A DNA stretch of 64,000 nucleotides, from positions 17,112,001-17,176,000 of the forward strand of contig JBHGNT010000007.1 of the NCBI GenBank assembly GCA_043228905.1, in the 5' to 3' direction. The notes beneath the pieces are model-generated. The model was not told the DNA's origin and did no database searches. It was given only the letters and a program-made list of their open reading frames with translations. Shown in pieces: positions 62,153 through 64,000 of this stretch. The translations under genes were made by a program, and so were the position numbers. Every line of letters begins with the position of its first letter. Position 1 is the stretch's first letter. The stretch comes from Azolla caroliniana (lineage: Eukaryota; Plantae; Polypodiophyta).

Positions 62153-63400
62153 GGCGGAAGTGATCGAGATGAATCCAAATGATGTGGATTTGATCACGTC
62201 CTTGTATGATTCGGAGGATGGTTACGCGTCACCATACTCCACAACTATCGACGAAGAGTTGGACTTGTACAAGGGTCACAAGGGGTGCACGTGTGACTAG
62301 GTATGCTTGTCACTGAGTTGGTAAGCCCATACGGTAATATCCATGCACTCGACGTAGAAAGTTGTCATCCCGATGTGCGTCATACGGGTCATGTACCGGG
62401 AAGTAGATCGGATGCGTACTATTTCTTGGCACACCCAAATGTTTTAAGTTGTTGCAAAGATGATCTTTTTTATGTTGGATGTGCACAACATGTGGCACAT
62501 ATGAGTATGCGTAAGGAAGCATATCATAAGTCCAAGGCTAGTCCATTAGACCTTGTAAGTTATAGGTTCTTTATGATACAAGAGGAGGTCCATAACATGG
62601 CCAACAAGTTAAATTTTGGGAGTGCCATGTCAGAGGTTGGTTGGTCTGTAATGATGCAAGATGCCTATGCACTCCGAGATCTTGGGAAAGTGGCTCATGT
62701 ACAACCTTACTTACCTGGTGATTATGAATCTCCCGCAAGGAAACCGTTTATCTTGGTGCTTCAAGATGAATGGATGTTAGAGATGTGTGAGTGATTGTCA
62801 GTAAACAACTCTTGAGCAATCGACTCCATGTTTAAAACAAACCAAATTTGGTTGCCATTATATGCAATTGTGGCCCCAAACGCCATGGGAATCGATATCC
62901 CATTATGGTACATGATATGTAGTTCTGATAAGCAGTCAAACCATGAGCAAGTAGCTTTAGAAATTTGCTTGAGAGTCATATTCACACGGATGCCCAATGT
63001 GAGGCCAAATGCGATAGTCATCGATAAAAGTTGGACATCATATAATGCCATAAGTAATGTGGTTGCAGCAGACCAATTATCTTGGATTGTTGCAAATGGG
63101 CAAAGGTCGCAATCACATTGTCACCTTTTGTTGTGTTAGTTCTATGCCAAAAAATCATGGGTGGACAACTTATTGCCAAAGGTAAGTGCAACTGAGAGAA
63201 ACCATCTTTATAATCGGATGTGCCAACTCATGCAATACATTACGCAATCCACATTCGGCACCCAATGTGAGGAGTTAAAGGTAGAATATGCAAACAAGCC
63301 AGGTGTTTAGCAATATATAGGAGGATGGTGTGGCTTGATAGAAACTGAAGTGGAGACAAACATAGAATCAATCAACGAGACAAATCCAAGTGCATCAGAT
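62153..63400 (+). pseudogene. Decayed Mutator-like (MULE) DDE transposase
   Basis: ...AIDSMFKTN..WLPLYAIV....G..IPL, RPNAIVIDKS and HLLLC*FYAKKSW resemble the MULE core (D-x-TF-KTN, P-x4-D, LCxFH-x3-W); stops present. Confidence 0.72.
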
Positions 63401-63918
63401 ATGGAGGAATGGGAGTAAGAAATACAAATGACCGAGGTAGCTATTCAATGTCTCCGACAAGGGTTACGATCCCATGACCGTGCTCAAGTTTTGGCATGTA
63501 TGGTGTCTTGCAAAGAAATGAGATTGGCGTTGGGGTACCAATGAAGAAGACGGTGGATCCATAAGGCGGAAGCAAGCGATTGGTGTGAAGAGACGAGCAT
63601 CAGACAATAATATTTCACAAAATCTTATTCGCAGCTCCCCAAACACTTCCAAGGCACACACCGGAAAAATGCAAAGAGGTGCAAGTCGAGCTAGGAGGCG
63701 ATTGCCAATATGTGTGACAGAGAAGATTTGATGCTTGCATTGCGATGCCTTGACATTTAGATCAACAGTCTCGAATGTTGATTGCTGCAAGAATTGTGGC
63801 CGCATCTTGCCATCATCTCCAGATGAGCCATAAACATAGCTTGAGTGGTTTTGCTGATCGGTGCATTTTGGTTTACGGTGTTTAAAGTGGATTTCTATTA
63901 AAAGGATGTATATGTTGA

Positions 63919-63990
63919 TTTATGTTTTATGTTTTATGTTTTATGTTTCTAGTATGTCATGTGTTGATTTATGTTTTACGTTTTATGTTT
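63919..63990. repeat. (TTTTATG)n simple repeat
   Basis: Seen directly. Confidence 0.8.
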
Positions 63991-64000
63991 CAAGTAGGTC

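Overview
Eukaryotic, repeat-dense plant DNA, most likely a moss/bryophyte (inferred from the retrotransposon lineages present). Most of the window is nested LTR retrotransposons, and many boundaries are fixed by TG..CA ends and target-site duplications (TSDs). In order: a TRIM-like element and a copia-type solo LTR; two 5'-truncated LINEs, one split by a chromodomain Ty3/gypsy element (2471-8234) and one by a solo LTR; the only clear host gene, a two-exon dynein light chain (13012-13636); a copia nest (A 16263-39160 containing D and B; B containing a solo LTR and the intact copia C with a 1357-aa ORF); a non-chromovirus gypsy with an extra ORF (F, 42737-56436) holding a truncated second gypsy; a gypsy derivative with inverted LTR ends and a perfect TSD (G, 57515-61158); a minisatellite; and a decayed Mutator transposase. 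The most unusual signals are antisense tRNA-like A/B-box cassettes in the U3 of several unrelated LTRs, a CCGG-rich U3 module shared by copia and gypsy LTRs, the inverted-LTR integrant, a self-priming signature in the chromovirus, and LINEs abutting (TC)n. All alignments were made by eye; no database searches were run.
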